64,000 bases of DNA from Bugula neritina (taxonomy: Eukaryota; Animalia; Bryozoa), in the NCBI GenBank assembly GCA_964035545.1, contig OZ037767.1, positions 28,536,628 through 28,600,627 on the forward strand, in the 5' to 3' direction. Shown piece after piece: positions 23,463 through 35,903 of this stretch (its first letter is position 1; every line of letters begins with the position of its first letter). The position numbers and the translations under genes are program-made. The notes under the pieces are model-generated. The model made no database searches and was not told the DNA's origin. It saw only the letters and a program-made list of their open reading frames with translations.

Positions 23463-26400
23463 ATGGAAATGCTTAAACTGTTTCTACAAACAATACTAGT
23501 GTTCTCTCTTACATGGCGAGATTGTTCCAGCAATCAAGGTGAGTCATACAAAGTTATCAACTCTTGCTTGTATGTAGAATATATTGACTTCCTGCTTTTT
23601 TGTTAAAAACATTCATTTTTCATTTTGATATGCCGTATAACTCTATTTCGCCATTTCTATAAACCTTGGTTATTATAGTAGACACTTATAGTATATCTTT
23701 TCTAGTTCATACTTGTGTAACTGTACATTAAAAAGTTACTATACCAACTAGTACAGTAGATGGCTATCATTATGTAAATAAATCAACACTTCATTTCAGT
23801 ATCAATTTAGCGTAGCATACATAAAACCATTCTTTTTCTCATGCATTGCTTGGATTCAAATGCACTAAGCATACATTTAAGGAGGTGTAGTTGAGTACTA
23901 GCTGAATATTTCCATATTATTATAATGAAGTAAGAATTACAATGTTAGTAGATCTGAGTCACTTGGCTGTGATTTGATTGATTAGTATCAAATGGCAGAA
24001 TCAGAGCTCCTGCTTGACATTAATACCCACAGAAATGCTTCGGTCAACCGCTGAGAGTTTTACTTAATCTTGGGAGCAGAGAAACATTTTTTTTTAAATC
24101 TCAAACTTGTATTCTGTGTTAGTAAAGAATAGGAGGGTTGAACTGCTACACTATAAAATACTGATAACATCTTCTTTATCATTGCATGGCAATTGTGAGA
24201 AAATACACTTCAAACAACACACAACACAAAACATAATAATACTCTGATACTACGAGTTTCAAGTTTAACTAGTTGGGTTGGCTATAAGATCGGATGTTGC
24301 TCAACAATTTCTTCTCTGTTGGGTAAACTGCGTAGTTAGAGAAATTCTTCATTTGCATACTCTGCTTTGTAATCTTTAGAGTTTTGCTACAGAAAAAAAA
24401 TCATCATAAGGGTCGTCCACTCATCTTATAATGATTCAAGGGTTTTCCATCCTTTCTAGATAGTGGTTTTAATGATGAAATTTTGATTCTCTTCAACCCA
24501 CACCTACTTAATCCTACCCTACTTCTACCTCACGTCTACCGAGTATATAAAAGGCCGTAATACTTCTGACTATTTTAATATAAAAACAGAATTGATCAAA
24601 AAGAACCTCTGTTGTTATTTCACCTATGCTTGCAATGTTCACCAGTTTCCCTTTTGGCCTGCCACACCTTAGGAAATCCTCTACCTCCACACGCAGAACA
24701 GTTGTTTCGCAATCCTATCGCCTAGTGTTCATATTTCCAACTACCAACCCCCTTCCCCACATTGACACTAGTAACTTCTTCATTTCACAAAGTCTGGGCT
24801 CAGAATTTGAACCCCTCCTGATGTACTACAATTTGCGGTTATTTTCATCTGTTTGGCTGTCAGAAAAAAATTCAGGGAGTGAATTTTTTCTTTAATTTAA
24901 AATATGTGATGTAAAAAAAGGAGAATAAATAATTAGCTTGAATCTGAGTCTTATACAAAATTGTGCAAATGAAGGTTTATTGCAAAAAATCTAAGTGACA
25001 CCTTAAAATAGTTCTTTTGCTGTAAGACCCTTGCTATCGTGAGAACCAAATCACTCCATGCAACTTATGAAACGGAATGCTATTGAAATAGTTGTTCATT
25101 TAGACTTCAAAATAATAATTATATAGTTTTAAGAACCTGATGTAGAACTACACAATACTGTGTTAATACTAACTACCTATGTTTTCACAGTAATCTATGA
25201 GCTGCAGGAGAATAGGCTTTGTACTGGAACAGGTGTTCACGGCAGTCAGGTGAGCATGCTGTGTGAAATCTCCAACCTATCTGAACTCTGTGCCAATCCA
25301 AACACAGTCCAACTGAAGTGGGTATTTGCCTCCCCTGTCTACCGGAGACCTATCACTGACTCTGACAAGTATAGTAAGTAGAGACTCACTACTTTTCAGT
25401 CTAATAATAGAATCAGGCAATATAGTTGCATAATGAGCCTTGAAAATAATAATATGTCAAACCTAAATTTATAACCAGCTTGGCAGTTATAACAACTTTT
25501 GTCAGTTTTAACAACATACTTTTCGTGTTGGATTTATGTCCCTTGGTTTGGAGGCAGTATTGACTACATAACTCCAGTTTATTTACTTAAAGATCATACT
25601 GCCTTTGATGAATTCTGTAATAATATTGGTATTATTTAGTGAACAATTTACCAGTAAGTATTGTGGCGGTATAAAGTACAACTTGTTTAGTTTGAGCTAA
25701 AATAGAAAACATTGCTATACAGCTATTATTATAAACTTAAATGAAGATGTTGCTATACAGCTAACTACCAAGTTCTTATAAGTTTCTGCTTTTAATCCTA
25801 AATATAAATATTGATCCAAATGAAATGCTTTTACTGCCCAAGTGGTGTATTTCTGTGTGAATTTTCTGCAAGTACTTGCTTAAAAGCTTTAAACCTTTGG
25901 CATTTAGTGACATTTTAAAACGGTGAAAAATATGGCCAACTGTAATTAATATGATATTCTGTTTTCATTTTCTTTCATATTTGGCATGGAAACCCCTTCT
26001 ACAGATGCAAAATACATTATAACTATTGCAATAAAGAGTTCAATCCAATTCAAATGTATTAATGCATTTTATGATAATATACAGGCAGGTATGAAATAAC
26101 AAAAGTAAATGGTTACATTTTAGCATCTATCCACATGTTTATTTACCTGCATGTGGTGAGAGTTTAACTCACGCCTCAAACCAAACTTCATGAATGCAAA
26201 TGATAAAGTAGGCTATTGAATGTCTCCATTAATTCAGCTAAACGTACTATTATAAGCCCAAGAGATACTGTTATGTATTATTAAAGTAAATAATTACTTC
26301 AACTATAAGGGCTAATGACTGGTTTCCCATCAATATGAAGTGCTGAGATTAAGAAGTTCTAGAAAATGCTTCCCAGCTAGCAGGGACCACAGTGTACCAA

Positions 26401-29400
26401 GTTAATAGTTCAAACTATACTCCATAGTCCTACCATTATTCTAAATTACAAGGTTGAAGGTTAAAGTAATAAAAACCTGGCAATTGTAAACCTTTAGCAC
26501 TGGTATTAATTAACTTGTGGTACATCTTAGATTTCTTAGAAATTGCTTCTTATGGGAACTGGTTGCATAAGTTTTCTGTTGGTAAATTTCGATGTGCAGT
26601 TTACACTATCGTTTCTTTTGATTTTCACACTGTTGGTTTCAATAGTTTTAATTTTTAGATTTAAAAATGTGTTTCCATATAAAAAATTAAACAACTGAAA
26701 ACAGAGCAGATTGAAATTTTAATTTCTAATTCCTTGCAAATAGTAATATATGTAGTTCAGACAGACAAACTAATCAGGAGGTCATACTTTCTGTGTGTAC
26801 CAATTAGTTGATTACTGTTATGGTATTAGCTACACCAGCACCAAATCAACTCAATTATTTCATCTATAGAGACTCTCTCGGTCACTAACTGAATGAATAA
26901 ATAAGAATTGTAGCTAAATATACCCACAAAGTATTGAGTATCCTACAAGTACAGCAGTGTTTGTTGAGTTATATATATAGCACCATATATAACTATGTAT
27001 TATAAGTCTTAATCAATGTCTATAACTGAAAATGACATTCAACCATCAGGAAGACTATGTTTTGGTTAAACTAGACTTTGGCAAGTGATTTGAGTTGTCC
27101 TGGTGTTTGTTGGTTGTACCAGTCAGTACATATGTATTATATTATAGCATATGGTTGCATAAATTATTTATTTTGGAGCTAAAATTATCCAAAATAGTAA
27201 ACAAAAATAGTTTTTGAAAGCAGCTTAAAACTGTATGCAGCAAGTCTAACCGTGCTGAGATTAAATACTCTTAAATGTTGAAGTTATTAGCCAAATCTAA
27301 ATAAAGGGAAACTTGTTTTAAATTGTATACATGTTTCAAGAAAATTGAGCTGAAAGTTGTATTCATGAGCCCTCTAATGTAACTAAATCTAGTTTAATAT
27401 ATACATATGTGTCATTAAGGAGTTATCTTGTCATGCTCTCACTCCTGAAGCCCAAAATTTTTAATTTTCTAAAGCTATGCACTCCTTTTCAAGATTGTTT
27501 AATTGTCAGTGATATGCAGGTATATGGGAAGAAGATGGAAGTGATCGCAAGTCATCTGTGTTGAGAATAAATTCAGTAGACCAGGATGAAGATCCGGGAA
27601 TGTATACTTGCAACATTCACTGCGATTCCACCTCCAACCCTGCACTCAGCTATAAGCTGGAGATGTGTGTGCAAGATGCAGCTACTAAACTTAGTGAGAT
27701 CATTTCCTGTTTGTTATGTAATTCATCAGATATTGCCAGAATGTGCCAAGTCAATATTACACTTATGCGTTAGTTTGCCAGCCATTCACAAATTGCACAT
27801 ATTTTAGCTAGAATTTGCTGTTGGTTGTCTCTCCACTTATCTGTCTGTCTTTACTCTGTCTGTCTGCGTGTTTTTATCTACCTCGCTTGTCTAATTTTAG
27901 ACTGCAAGGAGTAAAGAGAAACTTGGTTAATTTCATTTTGGAATTTAAAAGTCTCAATACTACTGCAAGCAAAAATAAAAGTTGCCATTACTCTATAAAA
28001 TTTTATGAATAACTAACTATTGCCTATCATATACCTCAGTTGTTATAGACTATCAGTAACTATGACTATGACTACCAGCTAGTGTGACTGTACCATTGAC
28101 TGAATATGCCAGTAACTGTGACTATACCAGTGACTGTGACTGTATCATTGACTGTGACTATGACTGAACCAGTGAATATACCAATAACTGTGACTATACC
28201 AATGATTATGTATATCTGTATAATTTTAGTATCATGTTCACTCTCGACCGAAGAGGACAGCTGTGTGCACACATTTGGAGATGGCAAGTGTGACGAGAAG
28301 TGTGACTCAGAGTCGGAGTTGTATGACGGAGATGATTGTGACCCCTACAGTGAAGACACTTGCGAAGCTGACTGCTTGAGTACATACAGCAATGGGAAGT
28401 GCGAGACCAGCTGCTCTGGCGCACAGGTGACTTGACTGTGTTAGCCCCAAATATTAGAACTCCCAGATCAATGAATATAGTATTTTTGCACAAAGTTGCA
28501 GCTTTACCTGCTATTTTTACCTACCTTTGTCTTTCTGTCCAAGTATCTATCATTATAAGTAAATTCTAGTGAGAAGTGTCGATTCACTTTGAGCTAGTGG
28601 GTCTAAAGGACCCTTTCAGGACAAAATATCATGTAGTTTACTGCTATAGAAATCCTTCTTGATGCATAGAAAAGAAATATCATTTCATTGTAGTCAAGAT
28701 TCCTGTAGGATGGTAGTGACTGCAGTTATCAAAAAAATTGAAAAATACTGGGCTCTAGATAAGAAATATTTTCAAAAATGTCATATTCACACAGAGATTT
28801 TCATTAAGTTGCATTGTATTATACTATTATATAATATTGTTTATGAGTAGCTGGTAATGCAAATAATTACACAACTTCAATGCCTTGGTTGAGTCTGCTG
28901 CATTTTATGTGTGCTTATATATAAATATGATTGTATTTAATGACATTTTTAAATGTATGTTTTTTGATATTTGTTTAATCTAGTTAGTCGCTATATATAA
29001 TACAGTATCAACTTTATTAAAACAGTGCGGCTTTGACGGTGGGGATTGTCCACCTTCTGCACAATCTGTGCACCGGGAATCCATTGCAGTAGTAGTACCA
29101 GCCAACTATACTGATGACCAGAGAAGGCTGCTCTCTATGCAACTCTCTATGACTCTGTCCACTTTGGTAAAGCAGCATGGGAGGGCAACTCCATGGACAG
29201 CTACTAATAACCAAGGCATACAGAAAATGTACCTCAGTCCGTCAGTATTTCAAGAGGCAGGCAACCAGCTGTAAGTTTTCCAGTCTCTAGCCTCCACATC
29301 TCAATATTCTTATTAGTACAGTAGCTAAGATTGTGGAATTTATACCTGATTCAAAGATGAAAAGATGGGTATTGCACTGTTGTGTATTCTTCATAGGTTT

Positions 29401-31534
29401 CACAGTATTGGACCATTTAGGTGCAGTAAAAGAATGACTTCAGTATGTTCAGCTCTTTAATTGTATTTATAAATTTTGGTGTAAGATGCCAGCTGAACGT
29501 TCCTGAGGGAATTTGATTTTTTGAGATACCTTATTTCTTATCTAGAGCAAAGTCTGTTTTATATTCCTCTGCATCATTGAACTATAACTCCTTTAAGAAA
29601 GTTTTAGTTCATTACTCCAGATTGCCTTTATTTCTGTTGAGCTGTAACTATATTTTGCTTTGGATACTTGTCTAGATTTTTGAGTAAACAAAATGACCAG
29701 TGTGAGAAAATCTGACTGGGAATAATGCAAACACATTGCTCATTGGTGTCAATAAACTATTTGCTGAACAGCCTAGTAAATAAACATGCCTTCAGTTGAC
29801 TGCAGTAATAGTCTTAGTTCCTTTCTCAAAGCTAACTGAGGGGGGTGGACTTAGCTCCCCTAGAAGTTAACAGAGGGAATAGGCTATGAGTATATGCAGG
29901 CCAGGGCTATGTGAACTATTCCCACTTACTCCCAACAATCAGCTGAACATGTGAATATACTTGCCAATGAAAATATTGAATCTTTTATGTTATAGAAGCA
30001 TTTCATTTGCTACTTCTGTGAAAGTTTCCAAGTATTGACTCAACGTGTTGTACCTGGGCTTTGCATTGTAAGACTGTGCAAAAATAAAAGCATTTATAAT
30101 ATGAATTTAGACTCAATTTTTCCAATAACATATTAGTTAATGGTGAGAGATTACTTTTGAACTGATCTAGAATGTTCCACCGGGAATTACACAGGCAGCG
30201 ACATAGCTCCTTTCTCAGGAAATCATCAATTTACTCTTGCTTGCATCATCATTTTGCACTCATTTTCACTAAAAAGAAATCAATACTTTTTTAAAAAAAA
30301 ACAACAATTACAGCTAATAAATAGTTTAGCTATTCTATTCTAATAAAGTTATGTTTAGGGCTTTACCAACCAATAAATGAGTAAAACATTCTTAAGAGGT
30401 TTCTACAATGCTCAGCACAAGCTTCGAGCTTACCATAGCCAACCTGTACCATAGTAGACCTGGTACTATAACCAATCTATCCCATAGCCAGCATGTCCAG
30501 CACGTAGAGTAGGTCGATTATTATGTTTACAATAAAACTAATGTTATTATTTTAGAATATTACTTCATTACACGCTGGTACCTCAGACCTGTGGCAGCTC
30601 CAAGTGTTTTTTCAGAGCTAGAAACGCTGCCAAATACATTTCCCATCACCTGACCAAAAACAACAAGTTTGAAAATAGCACAGTGGCTGTCATAGGAAGT
30701 AAGTGGTGATTCTTTAACATCATAAAACAAGCATCAGCTGCTAGTAGTTGCAGCAGTAATTAATTATTATAGGCAGTTACCAATAGTTGCTCACTTCTAA
30801 AGGTAATACAAATTTAACCATCCCTTTCATAGAACACAGTACTTCAGAAGTCGTCAATATGCATTTTCTTCTATGAAATAAATCTAAGAGCAACGCGTTT
30901 TGCACATTTCCAAATTATTTTGTTTCGTGACCAGTTCACAATCCAAATCAACGGACGTAAATTGAACACCAGAAATAAGACAAGACTAACACTTCAAACT
31001 TGCTAAGAACAGCAATGATCTATTCACTTAACTAATTGTGTGTCACAATAAGCTGTTGTGGTGCAGAAAAACTGTTTCCCTATTTTTTCAGTTAGCAGCA
31101 GTTTAGATGATTGCCCTCAGTCTAAGCCAAGAGATCTGGATCCTTCGTACACCGGCAGTTCACCAAAACTAGACTTTGCGAGAAAGAAGACAACTCTGGA
31201 AACAGACAAGTCCACTAAACTTGGTGTAGGAGAAATAGCAGGAATTTCCATGTGTGGTCTTGCAATAGTTTTACTTATTATTGGTATAGTTGTGGCCTGC
31301 AGGTACAGAAAGATAGCTCTGACTAGAAGTAAATCCCAGTCTATAAACAAGGAGTCTCAAATAAAGGAGTACATAGAAAGTATACCCACAGACCTATCTT
31401 CTGATGGGAATAGTAGTGCGGGTGGAGCCAAGTCCCCCCAATCTTCCACAGCAAGGTCAATAGTATTGAGGGATTCTACTATGCCTTCAAGTGTTACCAA
31501 CATTGAAAAATACAGCTTCGAAGAAGATGTATAG
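23463..31534 (+). CDS. Ig domain + Notch NRR (2 LNR, NOD, NODP) + TM receptor lacking EGF/RAM/ANK, 486 aa (exons 23463-23538, 25191-25373, 27520-27693, 28230-28426, 29026-29270, 30556-30698, 31092-31534)
   Basis: All junctions are GT-AG and phase-consistent (1461 nt). Signal peptide MEMLKLFLQTILVFSLTWRDCSS. Ig motifs VSMLC..LKW..SVLRINSV..DPGMYTC. LNRs CVHTFGDGKCDEKCDSESELYDGDDC and CEADCLSTYSNGKCETSCSGAQCGFDGGDC. NOD-like SIAVVVP..LSMQLSMTLSTLV..PW; NODP-like CGSSKCFFRARNAAKYI. TM IAGISMCGLAIVLLIIGIVVAC followed by RYRK. Confidence 0.85.
28060..28205. repeat. Degenerate 6-bp repeat (GACTGT/GACTAT)n in the intron just before the LNR exon
   Basis: Read directly; explains the VTVT part of ORF 28106-28435. 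Confidence 0.8.
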
Positions 31535-33362
31535 CATTCAATTTCTCTGCTAGATTATGTCTTGTATTTTTATTTTGCTCTAAGGCATGGCACTTTATAA
31601 GGCACAAGTTGATTAAATTGTCACTCATTTGATGTTCAACAGTACTATGATGTCTATAGCTTTCAACTTGTGGCCATGGCAAATTCTCTACTATATTTTG
31701 CTCAATTAGTCAATTCATTTATGTAGAAGTTGTCTGCTCAGCAAAGAGCATATTTTAAACTGCTACAGGAATTTTAAACAAATGAAATAGTCCTCGGTTT
31801 GTTTGCTTTCGATGTGCATACTAACAAGTATTGTGCTACTATAATATTATATATAGATGTGACTCCTGTATCAATAATGTATTCCAATTTATTTCTAGTC
31901 AAAGTAGCAAATTCCGTTTGCCATGAGTAACTAAAATGATTATTATGTATGGCTTATTTTAAAAATCAAATGTTATAGTCTTGGTTTTACTTGAATTGGC
32001 ATGTATGGTCTATTGCTTCTTTGAAATACTTTGCCATATTAATATATTTTATACTCATGATATGTAGACCTCAACATAAATATATTTTCCAATATTTAAA
32101 TCGGGAAGAAACAGTTGTTATTCTTCAGTACTAATTTCACATATTTTAGAGATAAATTGGAATCTTCAATAACCAGACCGAAACTGTTAGTTTAGCAACT
32201 CGTGTAGTTTAAAATAATGACATAAGTTTCTCTCTGTGTGTTACTGAATTGCTGAGAATTAAATGCAGATTTCAATAGAATTTGATCAAATAGAAAAACC
32301 TTCTTCAAACGATTCATTTAAATGTCTGTGTTTTCCATCAAAATACAAGTTAAATTGCTTGATTCAGGGAAGTGTAGCAAACTTGGACCAGCTTTTACTG
32401 TTTGTATAGGGACTGTAACCTACTCTACATAGCAACAGTCGAAGAGAAGACAACTACAAGAAATATTGCAAACATTTATTGCAACAAAGCAAGCATACTA
32501 ATATAGAAATTTAAATATCAAAAAGATATATCTATAGTAAATGTAGCAGTGATAACATATCAAATCAATAACTAGCCTAAGTAATATTAGCCAGCATAAA
32601 GGCTATGAATTGCATTAGTCACACTGGCTATGAAAGCTGCCAGGTACAATGATATATTTCTATCAACTGCAAATATTATAAGGGCATTAGGAGAGCTTAG
32701 CTTGTGAACCAGCTTGTAGGTGAGCTGAGCTTGTAAGCAAGTTTCATACTAGTAGCTTAAAGACATATTGCGGCTTTTGAAAAAGCAGATAGGACATAAA
32801 ATTGAGAAATTTGCATTGGAAATGTAATTGATGGAAAAGAATTCTTCTCAGTTGAAAATAATCATGAATAGAATAAGCATAGATTGAGTAGGTTTGGAGG
32901 GAGCATTTAAGCACGATATACAATAATATTAAAACTTTAGTTTTAGTAATTAGAATATTAAACACTGACTTGTATTAAAAGTACTTTTATACAGTTACTA
33001 ATTACACATACAGATAAATCAATGCAGAGTATAACTATAGTTGCTATTCTGTTTCAGAATCCACTCCTATTTTTATTTGTCCTTAAGTGAGTTGAATCAA
33101 GTATCTGTTCCTCAACAGTTCAGAGAAAGAGGAACAAACATTCACTGCTAAGGCAGTTACAAACTACCAAATACTTTGAAAATATATTTAAGGCTCAACT
33201 TTAACACTGCCCAGCAGGTAGATCTGACAGCATCTTATTAACTGAGCAGACTGTGGTCAGGCAACAGCTGGCAGGTTTTAGCAGGTTCTAGTTGGTAATT
33301 GCATGTTATTGCATATATAATGATAATTCTGATTATGTACATGTAACGTAGATAAAGGCTCA

Positions 33363-35903
33363 TCATTTCCCAAATCTACCTTCAATCTTGCTGAATACTT
33401 TTAGCGCTGCCTGGAGTTTGCGGGCACCAAAGTCCTTCAATGATGGCGCTGATCTGTAATCAAAAGATAGCTACGTTATGACGTGTCACAATAACCTTAT
33501 AAGTTATATATATGATAAGATATAAAAACCTCCAATGATGCTTCAACAATCACAGTAAACTAAACAGCAAATGTCCAAATCTAAGACAATTAGAATATTG
33601 TTGAAAGCTGCTCACATAATTTCTGTTAGCCTCAGTTGCCAAGGGAGATAACCACAGGTACTTGGCACAGAGCCAAATTTCAGCACCATGTCGGGATCGG
33701 GGCACTGAACTCGTTCTGAGAAAGATATAACAGAACAACTACACATATTATTACCACGAGAGAGTTGCTTTTGAAGACTCCAACAATTGCTATAACTTAT
33801 ATTAACGGTGCATCTAAATAAAACATGTGTGAAATAATTAAACTTGGTAGTAGAATTATATATGCAACTCCTATGCAGACTTTAATAGGTTCACATGGTT
33901 TCAATGTAAGAAAGTATCGCCTTTTGTCTTATTAAAAGTAGGTTAGTGAGAGGAGCTGTCTATCTCTAATTACTTAATAAACATAGCCTCGGTTTTAAGA
34001 ACATGGCTATCACATGAAGTTTGTGGTGGTCTGTAGTAGCTCTCAATAAACCACACTTACACTGTCGGTATGTTCACAGCAACATTTATTTAATTTAAGT
34101 AACATTTTGTAACCATATGAATCCACATACTGTATTTTATAAACTGAAACAATAAAAGTGATGCAAACAAATGGAATAGCTAAATTAAATAACATCAAAC
34201 TTATGCAGAACCATATAATTTTATTTGCTGAAACATAATCACAATAATTGATTGATTCCATACAGCTAGTAACCCAAGGTCAGTAAATAAAACCCTTACA
34301 TACTATAAGTAATAATAAAACCCTACCTCTGAGAACTTTGTCTATATAGTCAGGTGTTACATCGCTAGTTGATAACTGGCCCCGTCTTATCAGATGTCCT
34401 ATGTGTTTGGTTACATCGACTAACATCTTAGTGCCGTCCCCTGGTTCCACAATGTTCACATTCAGCTCTGCTGTCTCTTCGCCTGAATAAGTTTACACTC
34501 ACAGCAAACATGTTATTGCAAAGGTGAATCATGTTTGACTAATTTTTCTTAGAATCGAACAAGTACTTTGAAACATGTAATTTGTTAAAATATATTTTTA
34601 TACCCTTCTTTAAATATTTGCCCAAAATCCCACTACTTAATACAATCTTTATGATTATTCATTAATTTTAGCAATAAATGACTTCAAATCTAACTTATTA
34701 AAAAGTAAATTATTTAATTACTATCAATCAAAAAAAGTAGAATTAAATAAAAATTTTAAAAATTTCAATAGCATGAAAAAACTTGACTTTTACTACATAA
34801 TCTATTTGAATAATGAATAAATAAAATATTTATTAAGTTTCTCTAGCTTACCTAAACTTTTGAACATAAATTGGTTTATTCAATCTTACTTACAAAAATG
34901 TAATCTTAAAATTCATAAATATTATTACTGCAAATATGTTTTAGAATACAAACTAGATGAAAATTAAAATGTACCTTTAGTTGATACTGGACAAAGAATA
35001 TTATGAACAGAAACAGTTGGACAGTTACTGGAACCCAGCTTGTTGCTGATGATATGTCGAATTTTCTTTTCCAAATCTAGAATCTCTAATGGTGTCAAAC
35101 CTGCAAATGTGAGCTTGAATAGTAATAATAATAAAATTTAAAGATTTTTCAAACAATGCAAAAACACAATAGCACATTGGTATAGGTTTGCACTATTATT
35201 ATTTATATGTATTCACAAGAGAATGGGTATAATCAAATTGATTATAAAACCTAGTGTCATACACTAATATGAAGCTATGGTTGATTGATTTTTACCTTAT
35301 AGACTGTTATTACAAGTTAAGTAGCACTAAGTTACTGACTAACAGCAACAATTTCATACTTTTAGATACAAAAGACATGAATTATACAATAACTATTACT
35401 ATAAGTATTAGTATTAGACTTAGAGTTAGTACACTTCTTTAAGTTTTAAAAATTTAGGGTAAATACAAACAATGCAAAAGTAAGCCAGTAAGTTAGCTTG
35501 ATGTAATCTCAACAGTTATATCAACAAAATTAGAATCTTGACACTAGCTTCATCTTTGAGACAAACTCAAAGTGAAAGTGAAAGTCAACTCACGTTTTTT
35601 AGAGTAAACGCTAAAATGTTTTGTACCAATAGAATACACTAAGCTCACAACCAAAGCTAAGCTTGCTAAACAATAAGTATCTTCCAAAGCAAGTAGACCA
35701 AGATGAAAAGGTGTTTTCATTCCAGGAAAGCCAAGCTCATCTGCTACGGGAATAGTGTAATATCCCGTTGGAAGCCACTCCAATCCTTTCGTCACATTTT
35801 GGAACTGGAACTTCGAAGCAAATGAGGACCAATACGATCCAATACTGAGAACGAATGTTATTACAGTGTGGCATATGTGCAATAACCATGAGTGAGAATC
35901 CAT
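33363..35903 (-). CDS. NUS1: Dehydrodolichyl diphosphate synthase complex subunit NUS1 (Nogo-B receptor), 260 aa (exons 35903-35594, 35100-34975, 34482-34327, 33715-33616, 33453-33363)
   Basis: Spliced product contains [43 protein letters not shown] and the C-terminal RxG motif (RFGK*). 783 nt, in frame. Confidence 0.92.

Noticed and set aside
23463-31534. Calling this gene Notch, or a broken Notch fragment
   Set aside because: It has its own signal-peptide exon, an in-phase Ig domain, an intact ORF and a stop; no EGF or ankyrin exons are visible on either side.
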